From Escherichia phage UoN_LDJ77_1, in the sequence record OK570375: 64,000 nucleotides of DNA; one strand, given 5' to 3'. The notes under the pieces are model-generated. The model was given only the letters and a program-made list of their open reading frames with translations, ran no database searches and was not told the origin of the DNA. The position numbers were made by a program, and so were the translations under genes. The stretch's first letter is position 1; each line of letters starts with the position of its first letter. Positions 20,783 through 31,010 of the stretch are shown here, piece by piece.

Positions 20783-22107
20783 TTGATTTCCTCTAAATCT
20801 TTGGTGTATTCTGTAACTACATCAGTAGTTTTCCAATGTTCGTTTTCTTCTTTCTTAGCTTTAGCTTCTTCAGCAAGTTTCTTTGCTTCATCAGAAGTCA
20901 TATGAAAAATATTCATACCAACTAGTTTATCAACATAAGAAGAATACATATCAATTTTAGAAAGTTCTTCGGTCAGTTCTTTACGAGTTTTACCTTGTAC
21001 AACAATTTCACCTGAAATTACTTTCTTAATGAAATGTGCCTTGGCAAAGGCTAAACGAAAAGCTGACTCAGTTTCTTTAATTTTGTTATCAATTCGTTTT
21101 TGGACATAAGTTTTACGAACTTCAACAAAGTCTTTAATTAAATCAACTACGTTATCGTAAACTTGTAGTTTTCCTTTCTCATTAATAATCGTAATATTTT
21201 GGGAACGACGCTCAATCAACCCGAAGTCTTTCATGATTTTTGCATGGCGTTCTTCTTCGTTATCACTCAAAGCGTATTCTTTGCGGAATTTAACTTTGAA
21301 TCCAAAACCGTGCTCACCGCAAGCATCATCCCATGTAATGAAGCCTTTATCTTCAAGTGGGTCTAAGATTTTACTTACATAAGTTTCACGATCATACTTA
21401 TATGGAATCTCAGTGATATGCATTTGAGTTCGTGAAGTAAACTTATATGTTCCACGAATTTCATACTGCCCATCAATTTCAACAACTTCACCACGAAATT
21501 CTGGGAATTCTACCTTCGGTTTAGTTACTTTCTTTCCTTGAAGAGCTTGTAGTACAGCTTTCTTGACAGAAGAAACACTATGAGGAAGAATGTAAGTTGC
21601 ATAACCAGTTGCAATACCGGAAACACCATTAAGAAGAACAGTAGGAATAACAGGCAAATAGAAAGCAGGCGGAATGTGTTCTTTATCTTGATGTACCGGA
21701 GCATATTCAGTATCTTTATATACACTATAGAAATTTTTACTTACACGAGCAAAAATATAACGACTCGCCGCTGCCTTTTGAACGGTACGAGAACCAAAGT
21801 TTCCTTGACCATCTAACAGAGGAAAGTTATTATTCCAAGTATTAGCCATCAAAGCACCTGCGTCTTGTGCAGAGTTTTCGCCATGGTGATATCCAAGGTC
21901 CGCTACACCACCTGCAATAGAAGCAAGTTTGTGAAACTTATCTTTATTTCCTCGTGCCAAATCAAGGGCTCGAGCAATAACAAATCGTTGAACTGGCTTA
22001 AATCCATCAATCATATTTGGAATAGCACGATTTTCAACCGTGTACATAGCATAAGCCAATGCTTCATTATCAATGATACTTTTTAAATCGCGATTATTCA
22101 GTTGCAT
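20779..22107 (-). CDS. 52: DNA topoisomerase II medium subunit gp52
   Basis: 442 aa; GyrA-like cleavage/religation domain; position as in T4. Confidence 0.92.
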   Translation of the reverse strand: MQLNNRDLKSIIDNEALAYAMYTVENRAIPNMIDGFKPVQRFVIARALDLARGNKDKFHKLASIAGGVADLGYHHGENSAQDAGALMANTWNNNFPLLDGQGNFGSRTVQKAAASRYIFARVSKNFYSVYKDTEYAPVHQDKEHIPPAFYLPVIPTVLLNGVSGIATGYATYILPHSVSSVKKAVLQALQGKKVTKPKVEFPEFRGEVVEIDGQYEIRGTYKFTSRTQMHITEIPYKYDRETYVSKILDPLEDKGFITWDDACGEHGFGFKVKFRKEYALSDNEEERHAKIMKDFGLIERRSQNITIINEKGKLQVYDNVVDLIKDFVEVRKTYVQKRIDNKIKETESAFRLAFAKAHFIKKVISGEIVVQGKTRKELTEELSKIDMYSSYVDKLVGMNIFHMTSDEAKKLAEEAKAKKEENEHWKTTDVVTEYTKDLEEIK

Positions 22108-22111
22108 AAAT

Positions 22112-22252
22112 TTACCATACTAGTGAATGTAGTGCCATAATAACATCAGAAATGAAAAGCACGACTTGAATTAATCCGAACATTATTCCGTAATATAATG
22201 CTATCAATAAAATAGCAAGGGCTAATGAATAGCCCAAGATTTTCTTAATCAT
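22112..22252 (-). CDS. micro-ORF, 46-aa membrane peptide (ac-like position)
   Basis: Hydrophobic peptide immediately before gene 52. Confidence 0.45.
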   Translation of the reverse strand: MIKKILGYSLALAILLIALYYGIMFGLIQVVLFISDVIMALHSLVW

Positions 22253-22403
22253 TAGTAGATAACAACACAAATGTTAAATATGCACACATACCCTGAGCTA
22301 AAGCTTGCGAAAACACACTGCTAGCATCGATACAGATAGTTAAAACACATGCTACTATCCAACAAATAAATGAAATAACTCCTAATAATTTTGCAATATT
22401 CAT
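22245..22403 (-). CDS. micro-ORF, 52-aa Cys-containing peptide
   Basis: ATG start; 8-nt overlap with the next micro-ORF. Confidence 0.4.
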   Translation of the reverse strand: MNIAKLLGVISFICWIVACVLTICIDASSVFSQALAQGMCAYLTFVLLSTND

Positions 22404-22410
22404 ATTTTCC

Positions 22411-22491
22411 TCACTGGCGTCCGAAGACGCCTTTAGTTTTAAGATTATTACGATAGAACTGCATCACATGTTCGTTATGGAAATTACTCAT
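22411..22491 (-). CDS. stp: Stp peptide, 26 aa
   Basis: Translation [26 protein letters not shown] matches my recollection of T4 Stp; TAATG overlap with ndd stop; GC hairpin inside its 3' end. Confidence 0.7.
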
Positions 22492-22949
22492 TAATATGCC
22501 TGCAAAACGAATTTAAAGTTATCAGCCAACATACGATTCATTTCTTCAAGTGTTTGATACTCAGAATGATGATTACGAGTAAACGCCAAAGCTAACTGAC
22601 CTTTACCAAATCCCGTCGTTAGAGGTTTCATCTTAGAAGCAGGCAGATAAAATACTGTGTATGGAACATTGTTATTTGCAATAGTACGCGCAAGCTGAGA
22701 CCGACGTTGACGAATATGACTTAGAACTGCGCTGAATCCTTGCTTAGAACGCTGATTGCCTACATAAAATCGTGCAGACACGCATGGATTACTAAATGGA
22801 CGACCATCTAATTTACTCACTAAAAAGTAAAATCCAGGTTTAGATAAAATATCTTTATGCGGAGTTCCTAAAAACCATTCACCACCCTTGATTGTACCAA
22901 TAACAGTTGCGCCTGCATTGTTCAGATCAGTAACAGTCATATATTTCAT
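22491..22949 (-). CDS. ndd: nucleoid disruption protein Ndd
   Basis: 152 aa from ATG after AGAGGAAA SD (MKYMTVTDL...); position before stp. Confidence 0.85.
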
Positions 22950-23007
22950 ATTAATTTCCTCTAAATTATTTTCTACTCCAAGGCCGCATGAATACGCGGC
23001 CATTAAA

Positions 23008-23223
23008 TTAATCGTCGCAGTCGACGCTCAATTCCCAAAACTCTTCTACAGTATAAGTTTCAGTATCATTTTCAATACAGAAACGTTCATTACTGTTATT
23101 TGTTAAAGTAGCATTAACTGTCGGTTTCTCGCTAGTGCTCTTAAGAGGTGAAATACGAATTAACTGATCACCGCTATCTAAACAGAAAATTTCGCCGACT
23201 TTTACATCTTTAAAGCTTTTCAT
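23008..23223 (-). CDS. hypothetical protein, 71 aa
   Basis: ORF in the ndd-denB cluster. Confidence 0.55.
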   Translation of the reverse strand: MKSFKDVKVGEIFCLDSGDQLIRISPLKSTSEKPTVNATLTNNSNERFCIENDTETYTVEEFWELSVDCDD

Positions 23224-23231
23224 AATTCACC

Positions 23232-23342
23232 TCAAGGAGTATAAAATCCAAACGCAGTTGTTGACCATCCCATCCAATATGGAAAATTTGCGCCAATGTA
23301 AAACATAAGAATATAAAACCAAATGTTTAGTAAATTCATCAT
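23232..23342 (-). CDS. micro-ORF, 36-aa hydrophobic peptide
   Basis: ATGATGA overlap with upstream ORF. Confidence 0.35.
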   Translation of the reverse strand: MMNLLNIWFYILMFYIGANFPYWMGWSTTAFGFYTP

Positions 23343-23536
23343 TTTACACCATTCCAAATTGTTTCAACTACGGATTTTAAACCATTTTGATGAATATCCA
23401 TTCCGACTACCGCCATCAAATAGATTCCAACTACAACTGAACCTAAGGCAAAAATCAGCATGAAAATGAATAAAGCCGGAAAAATATTATCGAAAAACCA
23501 TTCAATAAATGTAAAAGCACTGCGTTTACGCTTCAT
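23339..23536 (-). CDS. small membrane protein, 65 aa
   Basis: ATG preceded by GAGGAAAA SD; TM segment. Confidence 0.5.
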   Translation of the reverse strand: MKRKRSAFTFIEWFFDNIFPALFIFMLIFALGSVVVGIYLMAVVGMDIHQNGLKSVVETIWNGVK

Positions 23537-23543
23537 ATTTTCC

Positions 23544-23657
23544 TCACATAAATCCAAAGTAAGCGTTTAATACATCAATCATTAAAACGATTGGGAATAT
23601 ACTCAAAACTATTATTATTATAACTACATTCCATATAGCTTTAATAATCTTTTTCAT
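23544..23657 (-). CDS. micro-ORF, 37-aa membrane peptide
   Basis: GGAGGAA SD then ATG just downstream of early promoter 23686-23715; ORF-track extension through the promoter rejected. Confidence 0.45.
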   Translation of the reverse strand: MKKIIKAIWNVVIIIIVLSIFPIVLMIDVLNAYFGFM

Positions 23658-23685
23658 TTTCTGTTCCTCCGTAGTTGATAGGGTA

Positions 23686-23715
23686 ATAGTACCACGGAAG
23701 AACAGTCTTGTAAAC
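23686..23715 (-). promoter_or_regulatory. early promoter
   Basis: GTTTAC, 18-nt spacer, TACTAT; conserved leader CTATCAACTACGGAGGAA. Confidence 0.55.
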
Positions 23716-23722
23716 AACTTTT

Positions 23723-23821
23723 TTAAAAATATTCGTAATAAATGTGAATACCAACTACTACCGCTGAAACCTGTGCAACCCACCACGCGCAAGCAATAAG
23801 TACAGAATTCAAAATTTTCAT
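23723..23821 (-). CDS. micro-ORF, 32-aa hydrophobic peptide
   Basis: ATG start; overlaps next micro-ORF (TTATGA). Confidence 0.3.
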   Translation of the reverse strand: MKILNSVLIACAWWVAQVSAVVVGIHIYYEYF

Positions 23822-23904
23822 AATAACCTCATTACAAAAGTAAATGTTAAACAAATTAATGGAATACTAATTAACCAAACGAAACACCACCATAGTGAAC
23901 TCAT
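23818..23904 (-). CDS. micro-ORF, 28-aa hydrophobic peptide
   Basis: ATGA overlap with upstream 87-aa ORF. Confidence 0.3.
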   Translation of the reverse strand: MSSLWWCFVWLISIPLICLTFTFVMRLL

Positions 23905-24164
23905 AACTCAATCTCAGCGATTTTCATTTCATTACTATTAATAGCCGCTTTAAGACTATCTGAAAGAATTACATTCCAGTGGTCATTCATATGACCACTA
24001 ACTAAGCGTGTAATTTCTTCGGGAGTTGAAAAATAAGGCGTATCAGACTCCCAATGCGATAATCCTAAGCGAGTATAAATCATACCTTCATCATCGCTAG
24101 AATATTCAACTGACACAAACTCATCAGTTATTTTATGTTTAGCGTAATAAAATTTAAATTTCAT
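23901..24164 (-). CDS. hypothetical protein, 87 aa
   Basis: GGAGGAGCGGAAA SD before ATG; early promoter at 24193-24222. Confidence 0.6.
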   Translation of the reverse strand: MKFKFYYAKHKITDEFVSVEYSSDDEGMIYTRLGLSHWESDTPYFSTPEEITRLVSGHMNDHWNVILSDSLKAAINSNEMKIAEIEL

Positions 24165-24192
24165 TTTCCGCTCCTCCGTAGTTGATAGGGTA

Positions 24193-24222
24193 ATAGTACC
24201 ACGGTCCTTGTGGTATGTAAAC
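24193..24222 (-). promoter_or_regulatory. early promoter
   Basis: Near-identical copy of the 23686 cassette including leader. Confidence 0.55.
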
Positions 24223-24239
24223 CGTTTTGTGAAAAATTT

Positions 24240-24797
24240 TTAAATGGAAAGATACCATCCGTTGTAGTTGCTTTTTCTTACAACCTTACGAAGGTCTTCT
24301 CTGTCACCGATGAACTTCGGAGTGTACTGGATGACACCTGGATGAATTTCTTTAGTGTTGAATATAATTATACAGTCAGCGACTTGATGATTTAGAATGG
24401 GCCCTAAATTTATTCCAGAACCATATGGATACTCTCCGCTGCATCCCGTTGTTACCGAAATCCAACGCGAGTCAGTTTGATGTGTTTTGACTTCTACACG
24501 AAGCCCGCAATATTTTGGATGCGCTAAAACATCCCATGCATACGTGTACGGATCATCGACATTTTCTTGGCCTTTATTGACATATCCGCTTAGCCAATCT
24601 GCCACAAAAAACTCTGCGTACACAGCGATACGGCATCTTTCGATAACTTCTGCCTTATCCTGATTCGGATTTTGTTTTAAAGAGTATCTTGCTGTATCAG
24701 CAATTTTGACCTTCATTTCACTAGTCAAGTCACTGTTCGATAGGGTAAATGTCGGAATCTGAAATAGTCTCTGTAAACCCGGATTCGTTTTCTGCAT
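24240..24797 (-). CDS. denB: endonuclease IV DenB
   Basis: 185 aa; position beside rIIB. Confidence 0.85.
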   Translation of the reverse strand: MQKTNPGLQRLFQIPTFTLSNSDLTSEMKVKIADTARYSLKQNPNQDKAEVIERCRIAVYAEFFVADWLSGYVNKGQENVDDPYTYAWDVLAHPKYCGLRVEVKTHQTDSRWISVTTGCSGEYPYGSGINLGPILNHQVADCIIIFNTKEIHPGVIQYTPKFIGDREDLRKVVRKSNYNGWYLSI

Positions 24798-24830
24798 TAA
24801 ACTTTCCTTTTACGTCGGAATCATAATTTC

Positions 24831-24857
24831 TCTTAAAACAAAAGGGCCGAAGCCCTT
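24831..24857 (-). terminator. intrinsic terminator
   Basis: GGGC-UUCG-GCCC hairpin then UUUUGUUUU. Confidence 0.6.
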
Positions 24858-24860
24858 ATT

Positions 24861-25055
24861 TTATTTGAATTGTGCGATTCTTTTCTCTAGACACTCAGCA
24901 TAAGATTTCATTGAGATGAACTGTGAAAGCAGCAGTTCTTGCTCAACTGCACTAACCGTTAGAAACTTTGTGCTTTCTAAAAATTTGCTCAGTGCATTAA
25001 TTTTGAGCATTAATTGATCGTATTCTTCTTTTACTCGTGCTTGATAACCTAACAT
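24861..25055 (-). CDS. hypothetical protein, 64 aa
   Basis: ORF between rIIB and denB, flanked by GGGCCGAAGCCC hairpins. Confidence 0.55.
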   Translation of the reverse strand: MLGYQARVKEEYDQLMLKINALSKFLESTKFLTVSAVEQELLLSQFISMKSYAECLEKRIAQFK

Positions 25056-25087
25056 AATTTTCCTTAATATGATAAGGGCCGAAGCCC

Positions 25088-26026
25088 TTATTTAAATTGT
25101 TCAGTAACGTCTTCAACTACTTCGTATTGGCAGGTACGCATTTTAGCATCGTTGTAATCAATCGGAATTGATACTACATCACGTGGATGTACTTTAACTT
25201 TTACAACTCGGCTGGTTGAACTGCCAAAGTGACGAATATAAGATTTAGAACACACATGCAGACCACGAGAACAAGTTTGTGTATCATCGTCATTCACACG
25301 AGTACGCGGCATTTTAACTACTTTACCAGGACTGTTATCAAAGGTGTTTGAGTGACAGTCAAAGTAGTTGTCACGAACTACTTTCCAAGCATAGAAGTAA
25401 CCATCTTCTGTAATTTCAATATCGTTTGCTACCAAGAAATCAAAGAGTCGAGATACCGCTTTCTGGCTTGGGTTTTCCAGCAGATTTTCCAAGAACGGAA
25501 AATAAAATTCAAAGTTTTCACCTTTTTCCATCGAATCGAGAATACGATCAACTAAACCAGACCGTAATTCGATATTTTGATAGAACAAGCTTCCGCCTTC
25601 AATTCGAACATCGCCGGAAATATATTTTTCAACAGCGCGACGAACATTAATTTTTTGTGCCGCTTCTTCCAACTTATCTGCTACAAGCAGATTAAGAATT
25701 TCCTGGAAGTTTGAATGAGTATTAGGAGTTGCGTTATAAGTTATACCGTCAACAGTAATTGAAATGAATTTTTTAGATGCATTCCAAATAATGTCAGATT
25801 TAGCAACTGGAGCAATAACTGCATCGTTATTAACTTTAATTGTAATATCACCGCTAATAGTAACTTTAGAGCGTTTAGCTTCTTCAGCATTTTTCAAAAC
25901 ACGACGAATTGTGTCAACCGATACACCTTGCCAATCAGCCAATTCCTGTTGGGTGTAATTACCGCTTGAATACAATTTAACAATTTCAGCTTGTTCGTTT
26001 TTGGTCAGGCATTTAATATTGTACAT
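25088..26026 (-). CDS. rIIB: rIIB
   Basis: 312 aa; adjacent to rIIA. Confidence 0.92.
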   Translation of the reverse strand: MYNIKCLTKNEQAEIVKLYSSGNYTQQELADWQGVSVDTIRRVLKNAEEAKRSKVTISGDITIKVNNDAVIAPVAKSDIIWNASKKFISITVDGITYNATPNTHSNFQEILNLLVADKLEEAAQKINVRRAVEKYISGDVRIEGGSLFYQNIELRSGLVDRILDSMEKGENFEFYFPFLENLLENPSQKAVSRLFDFLVANDIEITEDGYFYAWKVVRDNYFDCHSNTFDNSPGKVVKMPRTRVNDDDTQTCSRGLHVCSKSYIRHFGSSTSRVVKVKVHPRDVVSIPIDYNDAKMRTCQYEVVEDVTEQFK

Positions 26027-26037
26027 AATTTTCCTTA

Positions 26038-28215
26038 TTAGGCCGCAAGGGCCTTCATAGTTTTAGCGATTTGGGAAACTTCATCATCACTTAAAGAGTT
26101 GCGATAACCGATGAAGTCGGAAACAATACGGAATTTCTTGGTAAACTCAGCAACCATTTTATCACTGTTTTTTGAAGCATTATTTGATAATACATCAAAA
26201 AGATTAGTTACTGTCCAGATGTCATGACCAATGGTATCTTTTCCACCATTAAAATATACACCCTGTAATGAACTAACCATATTAGCGAGTCGTGTATATT
26301 CTTCAGAAACTTCATCTACACTGAAGTACTTCATCATAAAATCTAACTCAGGATACTTGATAATTTTATCAATATATCGTTTAGCTGAACTTGAATAACC
26401 TACATACTTATCATAATCTACATCATCAAAAGCATCTACATATAAATCACGCAAAGCTTCAAAAATACATTGACACTGACCAAGCTCTTTTACCTTTTTC
26501 TGTAAAAGCGGACGAATAACATAAAATTCATTAATGCCAATAAGATTAGCCATACGAATCAAAATATTCATAGATGGATGACAAAGCGATGTAGTACCAT
26601 CCATAGAGAAAATATCAGAACGATGCATATACGCTACATAACCAGTAATTTCATCTGCTTCTGACGTAAGTGTAAATAGTTCCTCTTTTTCCCAGCGCCC
26701 GTCTTTAATTTCAAATTTAAATGCTGTAGCAGCTTTAGGACGAGGAGCTTTACTTTTAACTACCTTTGGAATATAGCTTTTAACTAAAGCTTCAATTTCT
26801 GACAAATAATGAATGTTAACTTCATCATTTTCAAACATTGCCATAATATCAGGAAGTAAATCAATCTGTGATTCTACTTCCGGATTAATAAACAGAAGAC
26901 GTTCGTTATGATGAATATTCAGAGTGTTATTAAATTCACTATCATCTAATGCACGTGCTAATCCACGGACAATATTAACACGATTTTTAATATTATCAAT
27001 AACGATATTAATTTTTGTTGTATTAATACCAAACAGACGATAACTTGATGCAATGGCTGAAGTTTCATGACTTTGCTTAATGCGCTTCAGTCGAGGGTCA
27101 AGATTTACTTCATACACAACCCCTGCATTACATAACTTACTGTCAGGTTCAAACATACTCTGCATCTTCTTATATGACAGATTTTTAGTCGTGAATTTGA
27201 CTGAATTACTAATCATATAATCTCGAGCAGAATACCCCATCTTCATTAATTCGCGATATGTATGACGAGGAGATGTAGATTCTTTAAATCGTTTTACATC
27301 TTCATTAAATGCTTTCTCACTGAGTTCTTTAACTCGTTCAATAATATTTTTACGAGTGCGATCGTCTAATGAAAGAGCTTCGCGTGATGGGGCAATATCA
27401 AGTGAACCCATTGGAAACTTAATGTAATTCACTTCATTGCGAATGCTTAACCAGTTGCGGTCTCTAATAACACCATCAATAGGATAAACAATACCGCCAT
27501 AGATAGCATATAATCCACCACGATCTGGCCAGTATCTTTCTGGATTTACGCCGTAATAATCATCAAAATCCGGAAAATAGTCAATTTCACGGTCAAGACC
27601 ATTAATGATAGCCAAATCTTTGAATGGTCGCATGATATAAGAAACTTCATAAGCAAAGTTTCTAAAGTCTTTTTCTTCAACTGGAACTACGATTTCAATA
27701 CCAGTTTTATCATCTGGACCCATTTCTTTTACGAATGTAGGTTTAATTTGTGGACCATCGCCATCCATGTAAGCTACATAACCACGAATTTCACCTTTAT
27801 GGTATGAAGTAATACTAAACGTATCAGTATAACTAAACGGAGATTTAGAACCTAAACCAAATCCGCCAATGAAATCGTTAGATTCAGCCTTAGATGAACT
27901 GAAGTATGAATTATACAGACCAGGAGAATTATCATCACCCTGAATATCAAAATCACTCATACCCGGACCAAAATCTCGACAAACAAATCGTGGATCTAAA
28001 CGTCCAGGAACTTGTATGATAAATTTTTCAGGATTTCCATTGAGAGCATGGGCATCAATCATGTTGGTAATCAATTCACGGACTACTGCGCGAATCTTGT
28101 TTGTATACAAATCAGATGACAGAATTTTAAATACTTTAGGAGATGCTGTGATGCTAAATGCTTTTGATTTAGAACCATTACCAAGAATTGTTTCTTTTTC
28201 AGTGGTGATAATCAT
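26038..28215 (-). CDS. rIIA: rIIA
   Basis: 725 aa; adjacent to rIIB. Confidence 0.92.
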   Translation of the reverse strand: MIITTEKETILGNGSKSKAFSITASPKVFKILSSDLYTNKIRAVVRELITNMIDAHALNGNPEKFIIQVPGRLDPRFVCRDFGPGMSDFDIQGDDNSPGLYNSYFSSSKAESNDFIGGFGLGSKSPFSYTDTFSITSYHKGEIRGYVAYMDGDGPQIKPTFVKEMGPDDKTGIEIVVPVEEKDFRNFAYEVSYIMRPFKDLAIINGLDREIDYFPDFDDYYGVNPERYWPDRGGLYAIYGGIVYPIDGVIRDRNWLSIRNEVNYIKFPMGSLDIAPSREALSLDDRTRKNIIERVKELSEKAFNEDVKRFKESTSPRHTYRELMKMGYSARDYMISNSVKFTTKNLSYKKMQSMFEPDSKLCNAGVVYEVNLDPRLKRIKQSHETSAIASSYRLFGINTTKINIVIDNIKNRVNIVRGLARALDDSEFNNTLNIHHNERLLFINPEVESQIDLLPDIMAMFENDEVNIHYLSEIEALVKSYIPKVVKSKAPRPKAATAFKFEIKDGRWEKEELFTLTSEADEITGYVAYMHRSDIFSMDGTTSLCHPSMNILIRMANLIGINEFYVIRPLLQKKVKELGQCQCIFEALRDLYVDAFDDVDYDKYVGYSSSAKRYIDKIIKYPELDFMMKYFSVDEVSEEYTRLANMVSSLQGVYFNGGKDTIGHDIWTVTNLFDVLSNNASKNSDKMVAEFTKKFRIVSDFIGYRNSLSDDEVSQIAKTMKALAA

Positions 28216-28225
28216 AATTTCCTCA

Positions 28226-28429
28226 TTAATTCATATTGCGTTTAATAACTTCAGCAACTTCTAGTAGTTCATCTTTAGTTGCGGTGTCGGATTGAATTTT
28301 ATCTCTAATATCTTTAAAGCGGTTTTTAAATTCTTCGGCTTCTCCCATATCGAAAAAGCGTTGAATGATTCTATATTCTCGATGAACTGCTTTATCAAAA
28401 AGTTCTAAATTTACTTTATATGATTTCAT
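28226..28429 (-). CDS. hypothetical protein, 67 aa (rIIA.1 position)
   Basis: ORF with early promoter at 28455-28484. Confidence 0.6.
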   Translation of the reverse strand: MKSYKVNLELFDKAVHREYRIIQRFFDMGEAEEFKNRFKDIRDKIQSDTATKDELLEVAEVIKRNMN

Positions 28430-28454
28430 TTCAATATCCTCATTTGTCCAATTA

Positions 28455-28484
28455 ATTATACCACATCCTTGTGGTAAAGTAAAC
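28455..28484 (-). promoter_or_regulatory. early promoter for rIIA.1/rIIA
   Basis: GTTTAC, 18-nt spacer, TATAAT; overlaps the gene 39 stop. Confidence 0.55.
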
Positions 28485-30304
28485 TACTGGCTCATCCATT
28501 CTTTACGAAGGTCAGCATTATCTCCCATGAGCATTTCAAAAAGCTCTTTCCAGTTCTCAGGAAGTTTAACAACATCATATACTGGATTTTGAATCATTTC
28601 ACGATATTCAGATTTTTCCAAAGAGCCAAGTCCTTTAATATAACGGATGCTATGTTTAGGTAGAGCATCTTTGGCACTCTCATATTCAGCGACTGTATAA
28701 AACCATTCTTGTTTTTTACCGACCTGAGCGATGATTACAGGAGTTTTGACAAAGCGAATTCGTCCTTGCTCAAACAATTCTGGCCAATTACTAAAAAACC
28801 CGAGCAGAGAAGGATAAATGCTTCCTAGACCATCATGATCAGCATCAGTCATAATAGCAATATTATGATAATTCAAGTTTTCAGCTTTTTCACCGAGAAC
28901 TAGACCAGTGATTGCGCAAATATCAAATAGTTCTTTGTTTTTAAGCATATCGGCATATGACATACCCCAGCTATTAAGAACTTTACCGCGCAATGGATAA
29001 CCACCATGAAGTTCTTTATCACGAACATCAATAAGATATCCGATAGCAGAATCACCCTCAGTCAAGAAAAGAGTAGTATCAGCATCTTTACCACAAAGAT
29101 TCGCTTTGATATGTTTATGAACCTTAGCTTTAGAAGCCTTTTTAGCTGCTTTAGTTTCTGCTGCTTTTTCTGCCGCCAATTTACGAGCTAATGCTGCTTC
29201 AATAATTGGCATCAAAATCGCTTCATTATTCAAAATAGCACGTGAAATCTTTTTAGCATCAAGTTGAATATGACTACGGATTTCACCAAATGGAGAAGTC
29301 AAACGCTCTTTAGTTTGAGAATCAAATCGCATGTTTTTCATATCACGAACAAACATAACGATAGTCAAACATTCTTTGACACGCGCTTTAGTTACATCAA
29401 TTTTGAACTTGCGTTTGATTTGTGGAATAAGGTCTTCACAAATATCATCCATAACACAGTCAATGTGATGGCCACCATTCTTAGTGTGAATGTTATTGAC
29501 GTACGTCAACTGACGAAAACCATCCGGTGAACGACCAACCGCAATAGAACAATTTTCTTGTTCTTGAACAATAGCATGTTCATCATACTGTCGTGCATAT
29601 TTCTTAAAATTGCCCTGAACCTTTTTACCATTAAAGGTAAATTGAATATCAGGATAAACAACAGCAAGTGTCTGGAGACGATCTAGTGTAATGTCAAGAT
29701 AAACCTGAGATAGCTCATTAGTTTCAAATGACATAAAATCAGGAATGAAAGTAACGCGAGTTCCTTTCCATTTTCCAGGAATATCTTCCCATGATTTATT
29801 TTCCATGCCATTTGAACAACGAACTACAATATTATTTTGACCATCGCCAGTTTCACCGACAAACATCACAGAAAAAATGTTTGTCAAACTAGAACCAACA
29901 CCATTCATACCGCCAGTGACGCGTTCTTTATCATCACCGAAGTTACCACCTGCTTTTGGAATAGTCCATGCAGCAACAGGACCAGGAATTTCTTCACCGG
30001 TAGGTGTTTTAACCATCGCCTGTGGAATACCGCGACCGTTATCTTCAACTGTTACTTGATTGTTTTTAATAGTAACATTAATTTTATTTGCGAATTTAAA
30101 CTTAGTACGAATACCTTCATCTACTGAGTTATCGATAATTTCATCAATAAGCTTAACAAGACCAGGTACATACTGAACACTTTCCCATTTACCAAACAGA
30201 AAGCGCTCATGCATTTCATTAGCAGAAGAGCCAATATACATGCCGCTACGCTTTTTGATATGTTCAATATCGCTCAGAATTTTAATTTCATTCTTAATCA
30301 TCAC
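28484..30304 (-). CDS. 39: DNA topoisomerase II large subunit, contiguous 39+60 form
   Basis: 606 aa; GyrB-like ATPase and TOPRIM region in one ORF; no stop or gap where T4 has the gene-60 bypass. Confidence 0.92.
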   Translation of the reverse strand: MMIKNEIKILSDIEHIKKRSGMYIGSSANEMHERFLFGKWESVQYVPGLVKLIDEIIDNSVDEGIRTKFKFANKINVTIKNNQVTVEDNGRGIPQAMVKTPTGEEIPGPVAAWTIPKAGGNFGDDKERVTGGMNGVGSSLTNIFSVMFVGETGDGQNNIVVRCSNGMENKSWEDIPGKWKGTRVTFIPDFMSFETNELSQVYLDITLDRLQTLAVVYPDIQFTFNGKKVQGNFKKYARQYDEHAIVQEQENCSIAVGRSPDGFRQLTYVNNIHTKNGGHHIDCVMDDICEDLIPQIKRKFKIDVTKARVKECLTIVMFVRDMKNMRFDSQTKERLTSPFGEIRSHIQLDAKKISRAILNNEAILMPIIEAALARKLAAEKAAETKAAKKASKAKVHKHIKANLCGKDADTTLFLTEGDSAIGYLIDVRDKELHGGYPLRGKVLNSWGMSYADMLKNKELFDICAITGLVLGEKAENLNYHNIAIMTDADHDGLGSIYPSLLGFFSNWPELFEQGRIRFVKTPVIIAQVGKKQEWFYTVAEYESAKDALPKHSIRYIKGLGSLEKSEYREMIQNPVYDVVKLPENWKELFEMLMGDNADLRKEWMSQ

Positions 30305-30354
30305 TTATCCTCGTTTGGTTTCGGGAATATTATACTCCAATAATCATAAAGCTA

Positions 30355-30372
30355 AAGGCCCGAAGGCCTTTT
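30355..30372 (-). other. GGCC-UUCG-GGCC hairpin between the lipoprotein ORF and gene 39
   Basis: Hairpin followed by conserved AGCUUUAU; weak terminator or stability element. Confidence 0.4.
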
Positions 30373-30640
30373 ATTTAAAACGAATAGTCGAATCCTTGAA
30401 GAATAGTCCAGAACATACTGTTCCTTCTACTTTCTGCCCAGTAGGTCCAATAGCACGAAATCCAGTATGCTGGAAATCATTTTCAGAGCAACCGAACCAA
30501 TTATATCCAGTGATTTCAATATTAGTAAAACCACTTGAAGACAAAACTTTGGTTGCATTATCAGCATCAGTACATCCTATTAAAGACACTGCTAATACTA
30601 ATGCTGCAATAGAACGATTAATATATTTCATAATTTTCAC
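30371..30640 (-). CDS. small lipoprotein, 89 aa
   Basis: Signal peptide with lipobox (LAVSLIGC); hairpin terminator directly after. Confidence 0.6.
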   Translation of the reverse strand: MKIMKYINRSIAALVLAVSLIGCTDADNATKVLSSSGFTNIEITGYNWFGCSENDFQHTGFRAIGPTGQKVEGTVCSGLFFKDSTIRFK

Positions 30641-31008
30641 TTAAATTTAATGGCTTGAAGAAGACTAATAACTCTCAAGCGGCTTCTTTCATCTTTAACT
30701 GTAAAGGAAAGAGGGTCACCAGATTTCATAGTGATAGTGCATCCAAAATCAAAATTTTCGGGAACTTCTTCGAAGAAGTCAAATTCTTCATCATAAATTA
30801 GAACATTACTCTGAAAACTGTGAAGAATTTTTCCATCATTTCCAGATGCTGTACTAATCATTGTAACATTATTACCTTTCATATCTTCAACGATAAATTC
30901 GCTTGTAGATATTACAGCATTAATAGAACCATTCCTATAAATAGCAGACATTAGATATTTCTTTTCTTCGCCTTCGCGAATACGATATTTCTTACCGATT
31001 TTAAACAT
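30637..31008 (-). CDS. hypothetical protein, about 123 aa
   Basis: Start set at ATG preceded by AAAGGG; ORF-track start is GTG. Confidence 0.55.
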   Translation of the reverse strand: MFKIGKKYRIREGEEKKYLMSAIYRNGSINAVISTSEFIVEDMKGNNVTMISTASGNDGKILHSFQSNVLIYDEEFDFFEEVPENFDFGCTITMKSGDPLSFTVKDERSRLRVISLLQAIKFK

Positions 31009-31010
31009 AA

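Noticed and set aside
23544-23792. Long N-terminal extensions in the ORF track (23544-23792, 52013-52306)
   Set aside because: Extensions run through a promoter and leader; a downstream ATG with a good SD is the likely start, so the calls were shortened.
24842-25090. Recurrent GGGCCGAAGCCC hairpins as a possible CRISPR-like array
   Set aside because: Copies are intergenic, irregularly spaced over tens of kilobases and are phage UUCG/GAAG tetraloop terminator or stability hairpins.
30304-30371. Gene 60 bypass element or mobA insertion next to gene 39
   Set aside because: Gene 39 is one 606-aa ORF and no HNH ORF lies beside it.
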